NCBI RefSeq assembly: GCF_009914755.1
Contig: NC_060947.1
Reading direction: 5' to 3' (one strand)
From: the human T2T-CHM13v2.0 reference genome, Homo sapiens
Length of the DNA stretch: 64,000 nt
Part shown: piece by piece, positions 18,856 through 30,605 of the stretch
Layout of the letters: every line of letters begins with the position of its first letter
Numbering within the stretch: the first letter of the stretch is position 1
Made by a program: the position numbers and the translations under genes
The notes under the pieces: generated by a model
Told to the model about the DNA's origin: nothing
Databases searched by the model: none
What the model saw: only the letters and a program-made list of their open reading frames with translations

Positions 18856-19068
18856 TATATATATAATATATGTTTATATATGTATAATATATATATTTTA
18901 TATATTATATAAAATAATTATATATTTTATATATTATATAAAATAATTATATATTTTATATATTATATAAAATAATTATATATTTATATATAATTTATAT
19001 ATAAAATATTTATATATTATATTATATATTTATAGATAATATATTTTATATGTATATATATATATAAA
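18856..19068. repeat. AT-rich low-complexity / ~31-bp tandem repeat from the Alu tail
   Basis: About three copies of ATATATTATATAAAATAATTATATATTTT within (TA)n. Confidence 0.9.
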
Positions 19069-19369
19069 CATTTTAAAAGACCTATATGAAGGAAGTGGGA
19101 CCATGTATCTCAGTGACCTTTGTCCTCTCTTAATATGGTTAGAGCCAGACCTAAATTCTGTGAGGGATCAACTGCCCTCCAAGCCTCTTCACCTCGGGCA
19201 ACACACTCACTGGAGTAGAGGAATGAGGAGAGTCCCACCGGCCAGCCCCACGTCCTGTCACATGTCCTCATTACCACTGTCACCAGCCCAATGTTAGGTT
19301 TCCACAGTAAACAGGACAGACTTCTGTCACTTCAGCAGCAGAGGCTCCATCCACAGGGTTACTCCTCAT

Positions 19370-19920
19370 GGCTGCTCTGCTTCATTCAACTCTGAGAGCA
19401 GTATTTTTACCCTCAGCGTCCAACACCTTCCAGGCTGCCAAAAGCAAATGGGATCACATGTGTTTACAACTCTCCATGCCTTGCCAGAACTCAGCAGGTA
19501 AAATGCAGACTCTGTATTATATAGCCTGCAGAGACCTGTTCACTCTGCCCAGTGTTCCTTACTACCCTCATCTAAGGCCACTCCTCTCTCACTCACTCTG
19601 CTACACAGGCCTCCCCCCAGCCCAGATGGGCCAAGCTACTTCCCACCTCAGGGCCTTTGCACATGCTGCTCCCACTGCCTGGGAATCTCTCCCACCCTAG
19701 CTTTCTCCTATTCACACTTCAGGCTGCCATTTAAAGGTAATTTCTCACAAGGGATTTCTGTGCCCCCTCGCATCTAAATTAGATTCCCAATGTTGTTCTC
19801 TGGGATGCTGGACTTTGCTTCATGAAGGCCACTTGAGTAAAAGTACTTGACTAAAAGAGAGAAACGCAAATAATGCAAATGGTACAGTGCTTGGAACATA
19901 GCAAATCCTCAGTCTAGGTA
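19370..19920 (-). mobile_element. L2 fragments
   Basis: CCTCAGGGCCTTTGCACATGCTGCTCCCACTGCCTGGGAAT is a typical L2 motif. Confidence 0.65.
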
Positions 19921-20844
19921 CCAGACTCCCATTGACTTGGCTCCCTGGTGTTATCCTCTTTGGTAGCTGAGGAGAGGAGAGAGGAAATGACTCACCTGAT
20001 GTCCTGTCAACAGTGAAGGCTCGGGCACTGAAATTCAGGCAGAGCTCCTGATTCTTGTTCCAGTGTCCCTCCCTGCAGATCCACAGTCACCAAATGCCTA
20101 GTGTTTCTGGAACTCCAAGAAGATCCCAGACTCTTAAATCATGGGAACACCTGAATTGAAACTATTGGACCCACAAAGCCACAAAGACCACAGGGAAGGT
20201 ACAACCATTCAATAGGAAAGTGTGCACTTTTTTCCTACCTGTTTTTATCAGACAACTCATTCTATAACATTCTGTCTCACAGAAATGGCCTTGAATCTGT
20301 TACATAAGTACATGAGCGTGTTTATTTTTTCTTCTCCTTTTAACATTCCCAAAATGCTAAGACATAGCGATGATCTTGAGGTTAAAAATAAAATCTCTCT
20401 TTAAAAAAGATAGAATGGGAAGGAAACAGACAAATGCTGTCTTTCTATATGTTCTAGATATTCTATTTGGTATCAGGATTTCCTTTTACAGATTATAAGA
20501 CTGAGTTTCAGAGAGGTTAAGTACAGGTTCCAGGGTAACACAGCTTCTAAGAGAAAGAGCTGCTATCTCAATCCCCATGTGCTTGACTAAAAGGCCTGTG
20601 TTTGGAATCAGGCACTCAACCTCCTCTTTAGATGAACAAGGTAGACCAATGAGACCTTCCATACACAATTGGTTAGATTGTGACCTGGCATACATATAGA
20701 CTTTGCAGAACATTTTGGTCATATCTAGCAGACTGTACCTATTTGATAACACCTCAAATGGACTCACAGATATATATATATATATGGTAGATGTATACAA
20801 GGAGATTTGTACAAAATGACCTCTGTACCACTCTTTTTTAAAAA

Positions 20845-21610
20845 CCTTTTTATTAGGGAAAATTTCAAATATATACAAAAGTAGAGAAAATAGTCTATTA
20901 AACACCCATTTCTCATCACCTAATTCCAAGAATTATCAATTCACAGCCATATACTCCACATTTTCCCACCTCCACCATTTTGAAGCAAATAATATATTTT
21001 CATCCATAAGTATTTCAGTATGAATCTCTAAAAGATGAGAGCTCTTTTAAACATAAGCACAATACCATTGTCACACCTAGAAAAAATTTGATAGTAACTC
21101 ATTAATATCAAATATCAATATCAATTGTTGCACAAATGCTTTTTGTACAGTTGGTTTGTTCCAATTATGGTCCAAACAAGGGCCCCATATTGCACTTGGT
21201 TGATATGTTTCTTAAGTGTCACAGACATGTTGAGCAAAAGAAAGTTGAACTCATGGAAATAGAGAGTAGAAGGATGGTTACCAGAGGCTGGAGAAGGTAG
21301 TGGAAGGATGAAGGGGAAGGAGGGATGGTTAACGGGCACAAAAAGTAGTCAGAATGAATAAGACCTAGTATTTGGTAGCACAACAGGGAGATTATAGTCA
21401 ATAGTAATTTTAGTATACATTTTAAAATAACTAAAAGAGTATAATTGGATTGTTTGTAACACAGGGGATAAATGCTTGAGGGAATGGATACTTCATGTTC
21501 TGTGATGTGATTATTTCACATTGTATAACTGTACCAAAACATCTCATGTATCCCATAAATATATACATCTACTAGGCACCCGCAGAAATTAAAAATTTTA
21601 AATTTAAAAA
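20845..21610. mobile_element. L1MC 3' fragment (-, ~20845-21215) abutting an L1MA 3' end (+, ~21236-21610)
   Basis: Characteristic 3'UTR motifs on opposite strands. Confidence 0.7.
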
Positions 21611-22667
21611 AACACAAAAGAAGCCAAGCAAAAACAGGGAATACTGTATAATCCCACTGGTATGTTTAAAAAACAGGTAAAATTAATATTTGTGCACCAC
21701 TGTTTTTAACAGCACAAATCCGAAAACAATTGAAATGTCCATCAACAGATTATTCTGGATAAATCATACTACAATCATACAATGGAATACAATATACCAG
21801 TAAAAATGAATGTACTAAAGCTACAGCAATTAGAATGTAGATAAATTTCAGAAACAATATTTGGTGAAAATTGCAAGTTACACAGTGATACCTAGTTAAA
21901 CCTGTGTACATACATCTGTAAAATATTTCCTATGAGGCTTTACTAAATTATAGATGTTTAGGATCTACTCTGGACTTACTGAATCTCAACTTGATATTCT
22001 ATTGGTATATATTACTACTGAATTCTTAATATACTCATGGTATATTATGTACATTGTGTGTTCTTGAATTATTAAATCCAAATATTTTTCCTTTATAAAA
22101 ATTATGTTCATCTTTTTTGTAAATCAGATGTAATATTCACTGTCTTCACTGAAAATCTGTATAATGACTATCTTTAAATACATTGTGTTTAAAACTTTGT
22201 GGATTAACTTTATTACCTTTGTGTCACAGAAATAACCAAATTTTCTGTCGATTGCATTATTCCTGTTATAGACACATCAGTTCTTTCACTTCCGAAAATT
22301 ACCATCAAAAAATTAACCACAGTCCCATTTTAAGCCTTTGTCATCCACAAATAGTTTTTGTTTTACTCTGAAGCTTGCCAGAAGACTCTGCAATCAGTCA
22401 CAGGCTGGAGTTTGTCTCCTCAAGAAAGGAGGACTGTCTCAGAGCCCTGCGGAAATGGATGTCAACACTGAGCAGGGTGGTAGATTTGGTCAGTAAAGAA
22501 ACAATTAGCCCTTATCCGATTCAGAGAGTTTATTACTTACATACATATTTTTTAATGAGTAGCAAATTGTCCCCTGCATTGGGCAAAATAAAAGGGGCCA
22601 AATGACTGCAACATGCGTGAGAGGACATCCTGTTCCTAAGAAGTCAGTGCTGTACTACAGCCACAGT

Positions 22668-22926
22668 TTTTTAAAATTAATTTTTATTTATAATTGGCAC
22701 ATGATAATTGTATATATTTATGGGCTACAATGTGATGTTTTGGTGCACGTATAAATAGTATAATGATCAAATTGGGGTAGTCAGTTACAGTTAGGCAGGA
22801 AGAATAAGCTGGGTGTTCTATTAGACAGTAGGGTGACTTATAGCAAATACCAATGTATTGTATAGTTCAAGATTACTAACAGAGTAGGTTGTGAATGTTG
22901 CCACCACAAAAAAAAAATGATAAATG
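22668..22926 (-). mobile_element. Short L1MA with 5' inversion
   Basis: The 3' terminal ~110 nt is on the - strand, and the immediately upstream consensus segment is on the + strand (22783-22926). Confidence 0.7.
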
Positions 22927-23285
22927 CAGCTAAAAAGTTTTACAGCCTGCAGCTGTAATCCAAAGGAGTAGGGCAGAATGACTCACACCTCATCAGAATC
23001 CAAGAGGCAATAAGAAACTCTCATGATAGTCTCCTGCTAGATAGGGAGGCAAGTGAGAAATGGTGTGGTTAACAGCTGCTCAGAGACTTGCCATGCTTTC
23101 ATGCTCAAGCAAGACCAAAAAGGTATTATTCCAAGATTTAGATGAGCAGGGGTTCAAACTTTGCCTACATGGCCTATGTCAATACATGTAAAGATGTTAG
23201 GGTGCTGGAAAGGAGCTGTATCCCTCCCCCCAAAACTATGCTATGTATTTTAGTCTTTTGACACATGAAAGGTACTGGCTGCTGC

Positions 23286-23289
<4 letters not shown>

Positions 23290-23316
<27 letters not shown>

Positions 23317-23635
23317 TGAGATGGGGGTCTCGCTCTGTCACCAAGGCTGGAGTGCATTGTTGTGATCATAGCTCACTGCAGCCTCTAATTCCTGGGCTCA
23401 AGCAATCCTCCTGCCTCAGGCTCACAAGTAGCTGGAATGGCAGGTGTGCACCACAATGCCGGGCTGAGGTGTTTTTGTTGTTGTTGTTGTCGTTGTTGGT
23501 TGGTTGGTTGGTTGTTTTTTGCAGAGATGGAGGTCTATTTTGGCCAGGCTGGTCTCTAATTCCTGGCCTCAAGCAATCCTCTCACCTGAGCCTCCCTAAC
23601 TGCTGGGATTACAGGCATGAGCCACTGCGCCTGGC
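23290..23635 (-). mobile_element. AluJ-like
   Basis: Poly-T, GGGCTCAAGCAATCCTC, (TTG)n linker. Confidence 0.9.
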
Positions 23636-23699
23636 TAACTTCTGAAGTCACTGCTTCAGCAACTTAAAAACCATACCAATAGACTGAGGATTTCCAGAA

Positions 23700-24400
23700 T
23701 TTTTTTAAATTGAGAAGCAGATGGATTCATGAGACTGCTAACCCCAAATCCATCAGAACAAGAGTTAATCATATATGACTGAATTATCTGATGAGGGATT
23801 ATTGTAGTTTTTTTTAAATATTGCTGATGTTGTTCTATGTTCTGGATATATAATGCAGACTTGTCTTTCTTACATATCTTTAACCCATAACAATTTAGTA
23901 GACTTGGCATTTGTAAACTGAAACAAAATATTTGCAAATTATCTTTTTCTCTCTGATACCCCCACCATCTGTAGAATTCACAAATTCAAATTAGGTATTC
24001 TACTTTTCATGGTAATATAGTGATCTATACAGGTTCAATAAGAACTTGTCCTCCTTTTAACCAGGATATATTAATAATTGGCAAATTTGGTTATGCAAAT
24101 AAGGCCTTGTCTGAAATATCATATTTGAGAATGATGCTCACTTAATCAAGTATAACCAGCTACAGTTAGAGAATTAAAATTTAAACTAGAAAGCCCACTG
24201 AGGAAAACTGACTTAGTACCTGGCTTTCAGGGTCCCAGCCTTATAGGTGAGAAACGAAGGCCAGGACCTCTGAGATAGTTTGATAACCTCAAGAAGAAAG
24301 AATTGGCCCAAATTATATATAGTGCAGGTGAAATCCAGTGAGAAAAGTTTCTTGAGTTTCCTTCATAGCCTCAGGATGAGCAAATAATAAGAGGCTTTTA
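23700..24400. mobile_element. ERV1 (MER4-group) internal-like fragments, resuming at ~26530-26750
   Basis: GATGGATTCATGAGACTGCTAACCC and TACCTGGCTTTCAGGGTCCCAGCCTTATAGGTGAG resemble MER4-group internal sequence. Confidence 0.4.
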
Positions 24401-24404
24401 AAAA

Positions 24405-26535
24405 TCCAATGTGAAAAACCCACAGCTAACATCAAATTCAATGGTGAAAGCCTGAAAGCCTTTCCTTTAAGATCAGGAACAAGACACCTGCATTCAAAAT
24501 AATTTTGGAAGTTCTAGACAAAGCAATTACATGAAGAAAAAGAAGCATTCAAATTATAAAGAAAGTAAAATTATTTCTGTTCACAGGTGACATTACCTAG
24601 TTTGTAGAAAAATTTAAGGATTCCACAAAAGAACTGTTCGAACTAATAAATTCCGCAATGTTGTAGGATACAAAACCAACACATAAAAATCAGTTGCATT
24701 TTTATACATTGACAGTGAACAACCCAAAAAGAAAATTAAGAAAACAATTCCATTTTCAATAGCATCAAAAAGAATATAATAATTAGGAATAAACTTAACT
24801 AAGGAGGCAAAAGACATCTGCACTGAGAACTACAAAATGTTGATGAAAGAAAATTTAAAAGACAGAAATAAATGGAAATGCATTCTGTGTTCATGGATTG
24901 AAAGACTTAATATTGTTAAGATGTCAGTACTAACAAAAGTGATCTATAGATTCAATCCCTATCAAAATCTCAATGATGCAATGATGTTTTTTGCAGGAAT
25001 AGAAAAATGCATCCTAAAATTCATATGGAATCTCAAGGGATACTGAATAACTAAAACAATCTTGAGAAAGAAGAACAAAGTTGGAGGTCTCACACTACCA
25101 GATTTTAAAACTTACCAAAAATCTACAGTAATCAAAATAGTATGGTACTGGCATTAAAGACAGACAAATAAACTAATGAGATAGAATAGAGAGCCTAGAA
25201 ATAAACTCTCACTTATATGATAATTGATTTTTGACAAGGGTGCCAAGACCATTCCATGAGGGAAAGGACAGTCTCTTTAATGAATATGTGAGGAAAACTG
25301 AATATCCACATGCCAAAGAATGAATTTAGATACTTCCCTTACACCATATACAAAAATAAACTCAAAATAGATCAAAGCCCTAAATGTAAATCTAAAACTA
25401 TCAAACTCTTAGAAGAAAACATGGGGGGGAACCTTCATGACATTAGTTTTGGCAATGATTTCTTGGATAACAAAAGCACAGGCAACAAAAAATAGATAAA
25501 TTGGATTTATCAAAATAAACTTATGTGCATCAAAGGACACTAACAACATGGTGAAAATGCAATCCATGCAATGGGAGAAAATATTTGCAAATCATATATC
25601 TCATAAGGGACTAATATTTAGAATATATAAATAACTCCTACAACTCAACAATAAAAAAAATAATCGAATTAAAAACTCGGCAAAGGACCTGAATGACTAT
25701 TACTCCAAAGGAGATATACAGATTGCCAATAAGTACACGAAAAGATGCTCAACATCACTAATTAGTAAGGAAATGCAAATCAAACCACACAATGAGATAC
25801 CACTTCACATTCATTAGGATGGCTATTATACGAGAAAAAAAAAATAACAAGTATTGGCAAGGATGCAGAGAAACTGGAACCCTTGTGCATTGTTGATGGA
25901 AATGTAAAATGGTACAGCCACTGTGGAAAACAGCATGGCAATTCCTCAAAAAATTAAACATACAATTAATATATGATCCATCAATTCCACTTTGAGTACA
26001 TATCCAAAAGAATTGAAAGCAGGAGCTTGAATAGATATTGTATGCCAATGGTCAATAACAGCATTATTCACAATAGCCAAAAGATGGAAACAACCCAAGT
26101 GTCCACCAAGGGATGAATAAATAAATAAAATGTGATATAGACATACAATGGAATATTATTCAACCTTAGAAAGGAATAAAATTCTGATACATGCTATAAC
26201 ATGGATGAACCTTGAAGACATTATGCTAAGTGATATAAGCCAGACACAAAAGACAAATATTGTATGATTCCATTTATATGGGGTACCTAGAGTAGTCAAA
26301 TTCATAGAGACAGAAAGTAGAATGGTGGTTACCAGGGACTGGGTTTTGGGGGGAATGGGAGGTTGTTGTTTAATGGGTACAGCTTCAGTTTGGGAAGATG
26401 AAAAAGTCTGGAGACAGATGGTGATAATGGTTGCACAACAATGTGAATATATTTCATGTCACTAAACTGTACACCAAAAATGATCTATATGGTAAATTTT
26501 GTTTTTTATATATATATATATATAAATACAGTAAA
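24405..26535 (+). mobile_element. 5'-truncated L1MB
   Basis: ORF2 fragments (KWKCILCSWIERLNIVKMS.., KTIKLLEENMG..) and L1MB 3'UTR. Confidence 0.88.
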
Positions 26536-27536
26536 AAAGTCCAATGTCATCATTATGAAAACTCTTAGCAATGCATACTAAAGAAGGACTATATAGTAAA
26601 TTAGGATTTCTGCTGTACCTGTGTAAATAAACAAGCCAAATCTAATGAGTTCAGCCTCATTTTGTGGTCAAGAATAACCATACTTTGAAATTAATGTTTA
26701 TCAAAAATAGAAAAACTATAGGAAAAATGTTCTTCAAAGGAAAATTGTGTGTTATTTATAGTACACCCTTCTGGGTTGTTTGATTCTGATTCTATGGGAG
26801 CAATATTATAGCTCTGTACACTTTTAGTTACTTAAAGAAATGGAAATAATTCCAGTCTATAAATATGCAAATGAATTTTGTACAGTGAGGGTGTGGAAAA
26901 GAATGGCCTTCCTCTCTTGCGGCAAAGCCTGAGAAAGAGGTTATTTTCAGTTTAAAAATAATGAAGCTTTAAAATTTCATGCAGTCATATCTGTTAATAT
27001 TTATTATATTAAATAGTAAAACAGAAATTTTTAATATATTTATATTAATTCATGTTAAACTTACAATAAAATATCCATTACATTCTGTAAACCTACATTG
27101 TAAATTTATATGAAAAATATGTTTTCTAAAACAAGTCATAAGGAGATGGACTTTTTATTTGAAAATCTCTTTAATATTTATTCTAACAGAAGTCTGTTGA
27201 ATTCTTATATATGTTCCTGCAATTAATCTGTTGAATATAATATATAAGGTATCTCTGGAAAATTTCAGCATATATTTGTGAGGGAATGAGAATGAAAAAT
27301 ATAGATAACATCTTACAGGTCCCGTGAATGGCTTACCTACAAAAATAACTAAAAGAACTGATTCGTTAGTAAAGTGGTATAATGCAACATTATTAAGTAT
27401 AACCCACTATTTTATTTTTTAAACAAATTGGACCATAGATACATTAAACTAAAATTGATAATATCTAGTTTGTTGTAAAAAAAATGTTTTAAAATTAGCA
27501 GGACATCACACTTCAAGAACTAAAGTAGATTCAATG

Positions 27537-27914
27537 TTACTGGAACATGGTTCTTACCTTTGGTTTTCAATACAGCGTGTTTGTGGATATCCCCAGACAG
27601 CATCAGGCTCGGGTGGTCTGGATCTCTCTGGAGGTGATAGTGGAGCACTCAGTGTAGCAACCTGGCAGCCAGCCTTGGTGGTGATGTGCTCAAAGATGTC
27701 GATAAGAAAATCATTCATGATGCCCAAGAAATTTAATGTAGTGCTGATATCAGGATGAAATTGCTTCAGAACCCTGTAAACATAGATGTAAATATAGACA
27801 GTTACTCAACTGTCTCCATAGCATCTCTTTTCACATCTTCCCCTTCTGTGTTTTGGAAATGACTTTCTTAAAGCCCTTTTTATTAAAGTCAGATTTAGAA
27901 GAATGCTCAGCCAT
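27537..27914 (-). pseudogene. Degraded histone H2B pseudogene (canonical/TH2B-like tail, H2B.W-like core motifs)
   Basis: Minus-strand translation across frameshifts: MAEHSSKSDFNKKGFKKVISKTQKGKM* ... RCYGDS*VTVYIYIYVYRVLKQFHPDISTTLNFLGIMNDFLIDIFEHITTKAG ... [14 protein letters not shown] ... LMLSGDIHKHAV. This aligns to H2B [62 protein letters not shown]. In-frame stops and indels are present. Confidence 0.9.
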
Positions 27915-27974
27915 GACGGACATTGTTTTCAATACCTTGAAATGAAAAAGATAGTGGTTGGTGACAGGGTGGTG

Positions 27975-28120
27975 CCCATGTATAGGCCCTGTATTCAAAT
28001 GAAGTACTGGGTACACACACAATTTCTAATTAGATGAAATGTAATTCGAGGAAACCCTGCCAATAAACCACACAATGGCAAATGTGATTGGATAGTTCTA
28101 TGTGGCACAGTCCAATGAGA
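27975..28120. promoter_or_regulatory. Decayed H2A/H2B-type bidirectional histone promoter
   Basis: On the H2B strand, ATTTGAAT (27993-28000; octamer ATTTGCAT 7/8) is followed by TATA-like CTATACAT (27978-27985). Three CCAAT boxes occur in mixed orientation (28060-64 +, 28087-91 -, 28112-16 +). Confidence 0.6.
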
Positions 28121-28499
28121 AGGCATGAAACGGTCAGGCTGACTGAAAGCTTCCTGTAGGCTCCACCAAGAGCACTTTGAAGATACCATCTACAGCAGCT
28201 AAATTGGAGCAATTTCAGCTTCAACTTGTTGAGTGATTCTGATCTCCATAACCCGGTCCGTAATGCCAGAGGAATGATGCTGGCCACGTTCGGGCCATTT
28301 GTCCAGTAACCCAGAATCTAATGTCACCCTGGGCTAAGCCACTGTGGCTTGAGCAGGAATCCTCCCACATGGGAGAGGAGCTCGTGGAAAACAAGAGACC
28401 TGGCTAACAAACCACTGCCTCCCATTCTTATCAAAAACCTCAATGACTCAAGGAAAGATGACAAAACTATGGTCTCCAAACAACACACACAAAAAACAG

Positions 28500-29350
28500 G
28501 AATATTTATTAAAATGTAAAATATTCATGAGCAATAAACAATTTAAAAATAGTTTTCTTGACAATACTTAGGTCCTAGAAACATACTTTAAACTGTATAA
28601 TTTGTGGATAAATATCAGGGCTCTTGGCTGAAAAAAGTTACTAAACTAAACATCTAACTAAACTCCTTAGGGAGAAAAGGGAAATAATGTAGGAAATATT
28701 ATTCAATGGAAAGGATATCTCTTTTAAATATCTATGATAATACAACTGAAAATATTGAATGAATGTATAAATTTGTGGAAAATATAAATGACAGAAACTA
28801 AACCCACTCTCCTCCCCACAAAAGAGATTTAAGGACTAAGAAGAATAGAAGAAATCGAGGTCACCAGTGAGCTACCATCCCAAAAGGCCAGGCTTCCAAA
28901 AGTATTTCATGTCAAACCACTAAGGAACAGGTGTTCTTTTCTCTTAATGGAACGGTGTCAGATTACGAAGGGAAAAAATATCATTTTGATGTAAGGAAAA
29001 TATGCCAAAAAGAGTTCTGACCAGTGACATTTATAAGCGAGAATATAAAATCCTACATAAAATATTAGCAATTACATCTGGCATCATAGTTAATGATGAA
29101 CAAAAAGGGACAAAGCAGGATTCATCCAAAAATACAAAGATGTTCCAGTAAAATACAAGTATGATTCACCTTATGATGTTAAAGGAAAAAAGGGTAATCT
29201 TCAGTTAATCTCAGTACATGATTTAACTTCCTTTGCTAATATAATGAGTTATACAATGTTTGTTTCATGGTAAAATACTAGCATTACCATCATTAGAGTC
29301 AGGATTCAGAAAAATTGAGCCCTCTCATCAAGACTATTATTTATCAAGAT
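28500..29350 (+). mobile_element. Highly diverged ancient L1 ORF2 fragment
   Basis: GAATGAATGTATAAATTTGTGGAAAATATAAA, AAAATCCTACATAAAATATTAGCAA and GCAGGATTCATCC match degraded L1 RT-region sequence. Confidence 0.55.
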
Positions 29351-29395
29351 CTGGTGTATTTTTAAAAATCTTATAAAAGGACTTGAAAAAGGATT

Positions 29396-29444
29396 TTACT
29401 GCAGAGGAGACCTGGAAAACTACAACAAAATAATCTGCAAGTAA
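29396..29444 (+). pseudogene. Histone H2A C-terminal remnant
   Basis: TTA CTG CAG AGG AGA CCT [G] GAA AAC TAC AAC AAA ATA ATC TGC AAG TAA reads LLQRRP-ENYNKIICK*, versus H2A LLPKKT-ESHHKAKGK*. Same length, stop in register, most differences one nucleotide per codon, and a histone stem-loop follows. Confidence 0.6.
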
Positions 29445-29506
29445 ACTGCCCAAAGAGGTACCACATGATTGACTTACACATTTGGGACAACATTTTGGGA
29501 AACCAA

Positions 29507-29568
29507 GGCTTTTTTCAGAGCCATGTGTGGCTTGAAAAAAAGGCTTTCTCTTTCAGAGAAAGAGCTGT
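29507..29568 (+). terminator. Replication-dependent histone 3' stem-loop plus histone downstream element
   Basis: CCAA-GGCTTT-TTTC-AGAGCC-A (stem-loop 29507-29522; 15/16 to GGCTCTTTTCAGAGCC, 6-bp stem with one G-U, TTTC loop). AAAGAGCTGT at 29559-29568. Confidence 0.8.
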
Positions 29569-30605
29569 GGACATATTTGTAAAAAAACATTTCATTAAGT
29601 CACTTAATTTATATCATGCTGCTTCAAAATGCCAATGTCTGTCAGTGTGCCATACAAATGTTTTACCAAAATTATTCTAGCATATTGGTCTCATACACAT
29701 TGTATTATGGAAAAAGGCATTTTTAATATATCAAATCCATGAGGACAGTTATAGCGCTTTTGCCATTTTCCTCTTGTAAATTCAGAAAGTAAATAGAAAC
29801 ATTAGTGAAAGAACATTAAAAATGCGTTATAATTTGGCTGAGAGTGCAGGGGTGATTGAGATAGATGAATCTGGTAAGTAAAGAAAAAAAACAAGGCTTG
29901 ATGCTGAAAGGCTAGATGGGGCAATGAGTACATCTGATTATTAACCTGGTGGGTGCATGACGAACAAGGAGACTGGGCAAGAGTGCTCTAATTCTGTGTT
30001 AAAAAAAAAAAGACTAAGGGAAACAGCTTTAACTGCTGTAAATAACGTACTATAAGCAGGACTCCTGGGGAAACAGTGTTACTGGAATAAAAATATCACA
30101 AGCTTTTTTTGAATTCATGTTAATACATGATGAAAACAAAAAGCACAGAAATATATATCATAAATTTCAAGAAACAGTCCAATCCCCTTACCAAGCTCTC
30201 TGGACTCTGAAATTTGTATTCTATTTCATTGAGGCTTATTCAGTTCTGTTCTTTCCCAGTCAAAAGTCTTTTTAAAAATCATAAATCTTAATGAGCTGCA
30301 ATTATGCCTGACTCAGATGATGTGAGCATTCAATGAGTGCAGCTCATACCCCACTCTCTGCTGGGTCAGCCAATGTAGGACCCGCAGCCCCTGAGCTATT
30401 GGCCCAGAGTGTGGGGAGGTGACCCTGCTGAACCAATAAGAGCCTTCCTGGGATGTTCAGCCTTGGATGTTGAAGAGGAAACTGGTGTGGCTCTTTGCTT
30501 AGGTTTGGTAGCTTTATTGTCTAATCTTTTGCTCCCAATCATGGAGATTTAAGGATATAAATTCAGGGCTAGTAGTTGTGGACATAATTCCTGCCTCATA
30601 CATCA

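Noticed and set aside
26600-27536. Histone stem-loop downstream of the H2B pseudogene
   Set aside because: Searched by eye for a GGCTCTGAAAAGAGCC-like sequence on +; none found.
28030-28300. Minus-strand ORF, an ATGGCCCGAAC H3-like start and a DGIFK RPS3-like snippet
   Set aside because: The similarities do not extend beyond a few codons.
28383-28394. CGTGGAAAACAA (RGKQ) as the H2A N-terminus
   Set aside because: Right strand and plausible place, but only four codons, with no ATG-Ser-Gly before it and no H2A similarity after it. Not counted as evidence.
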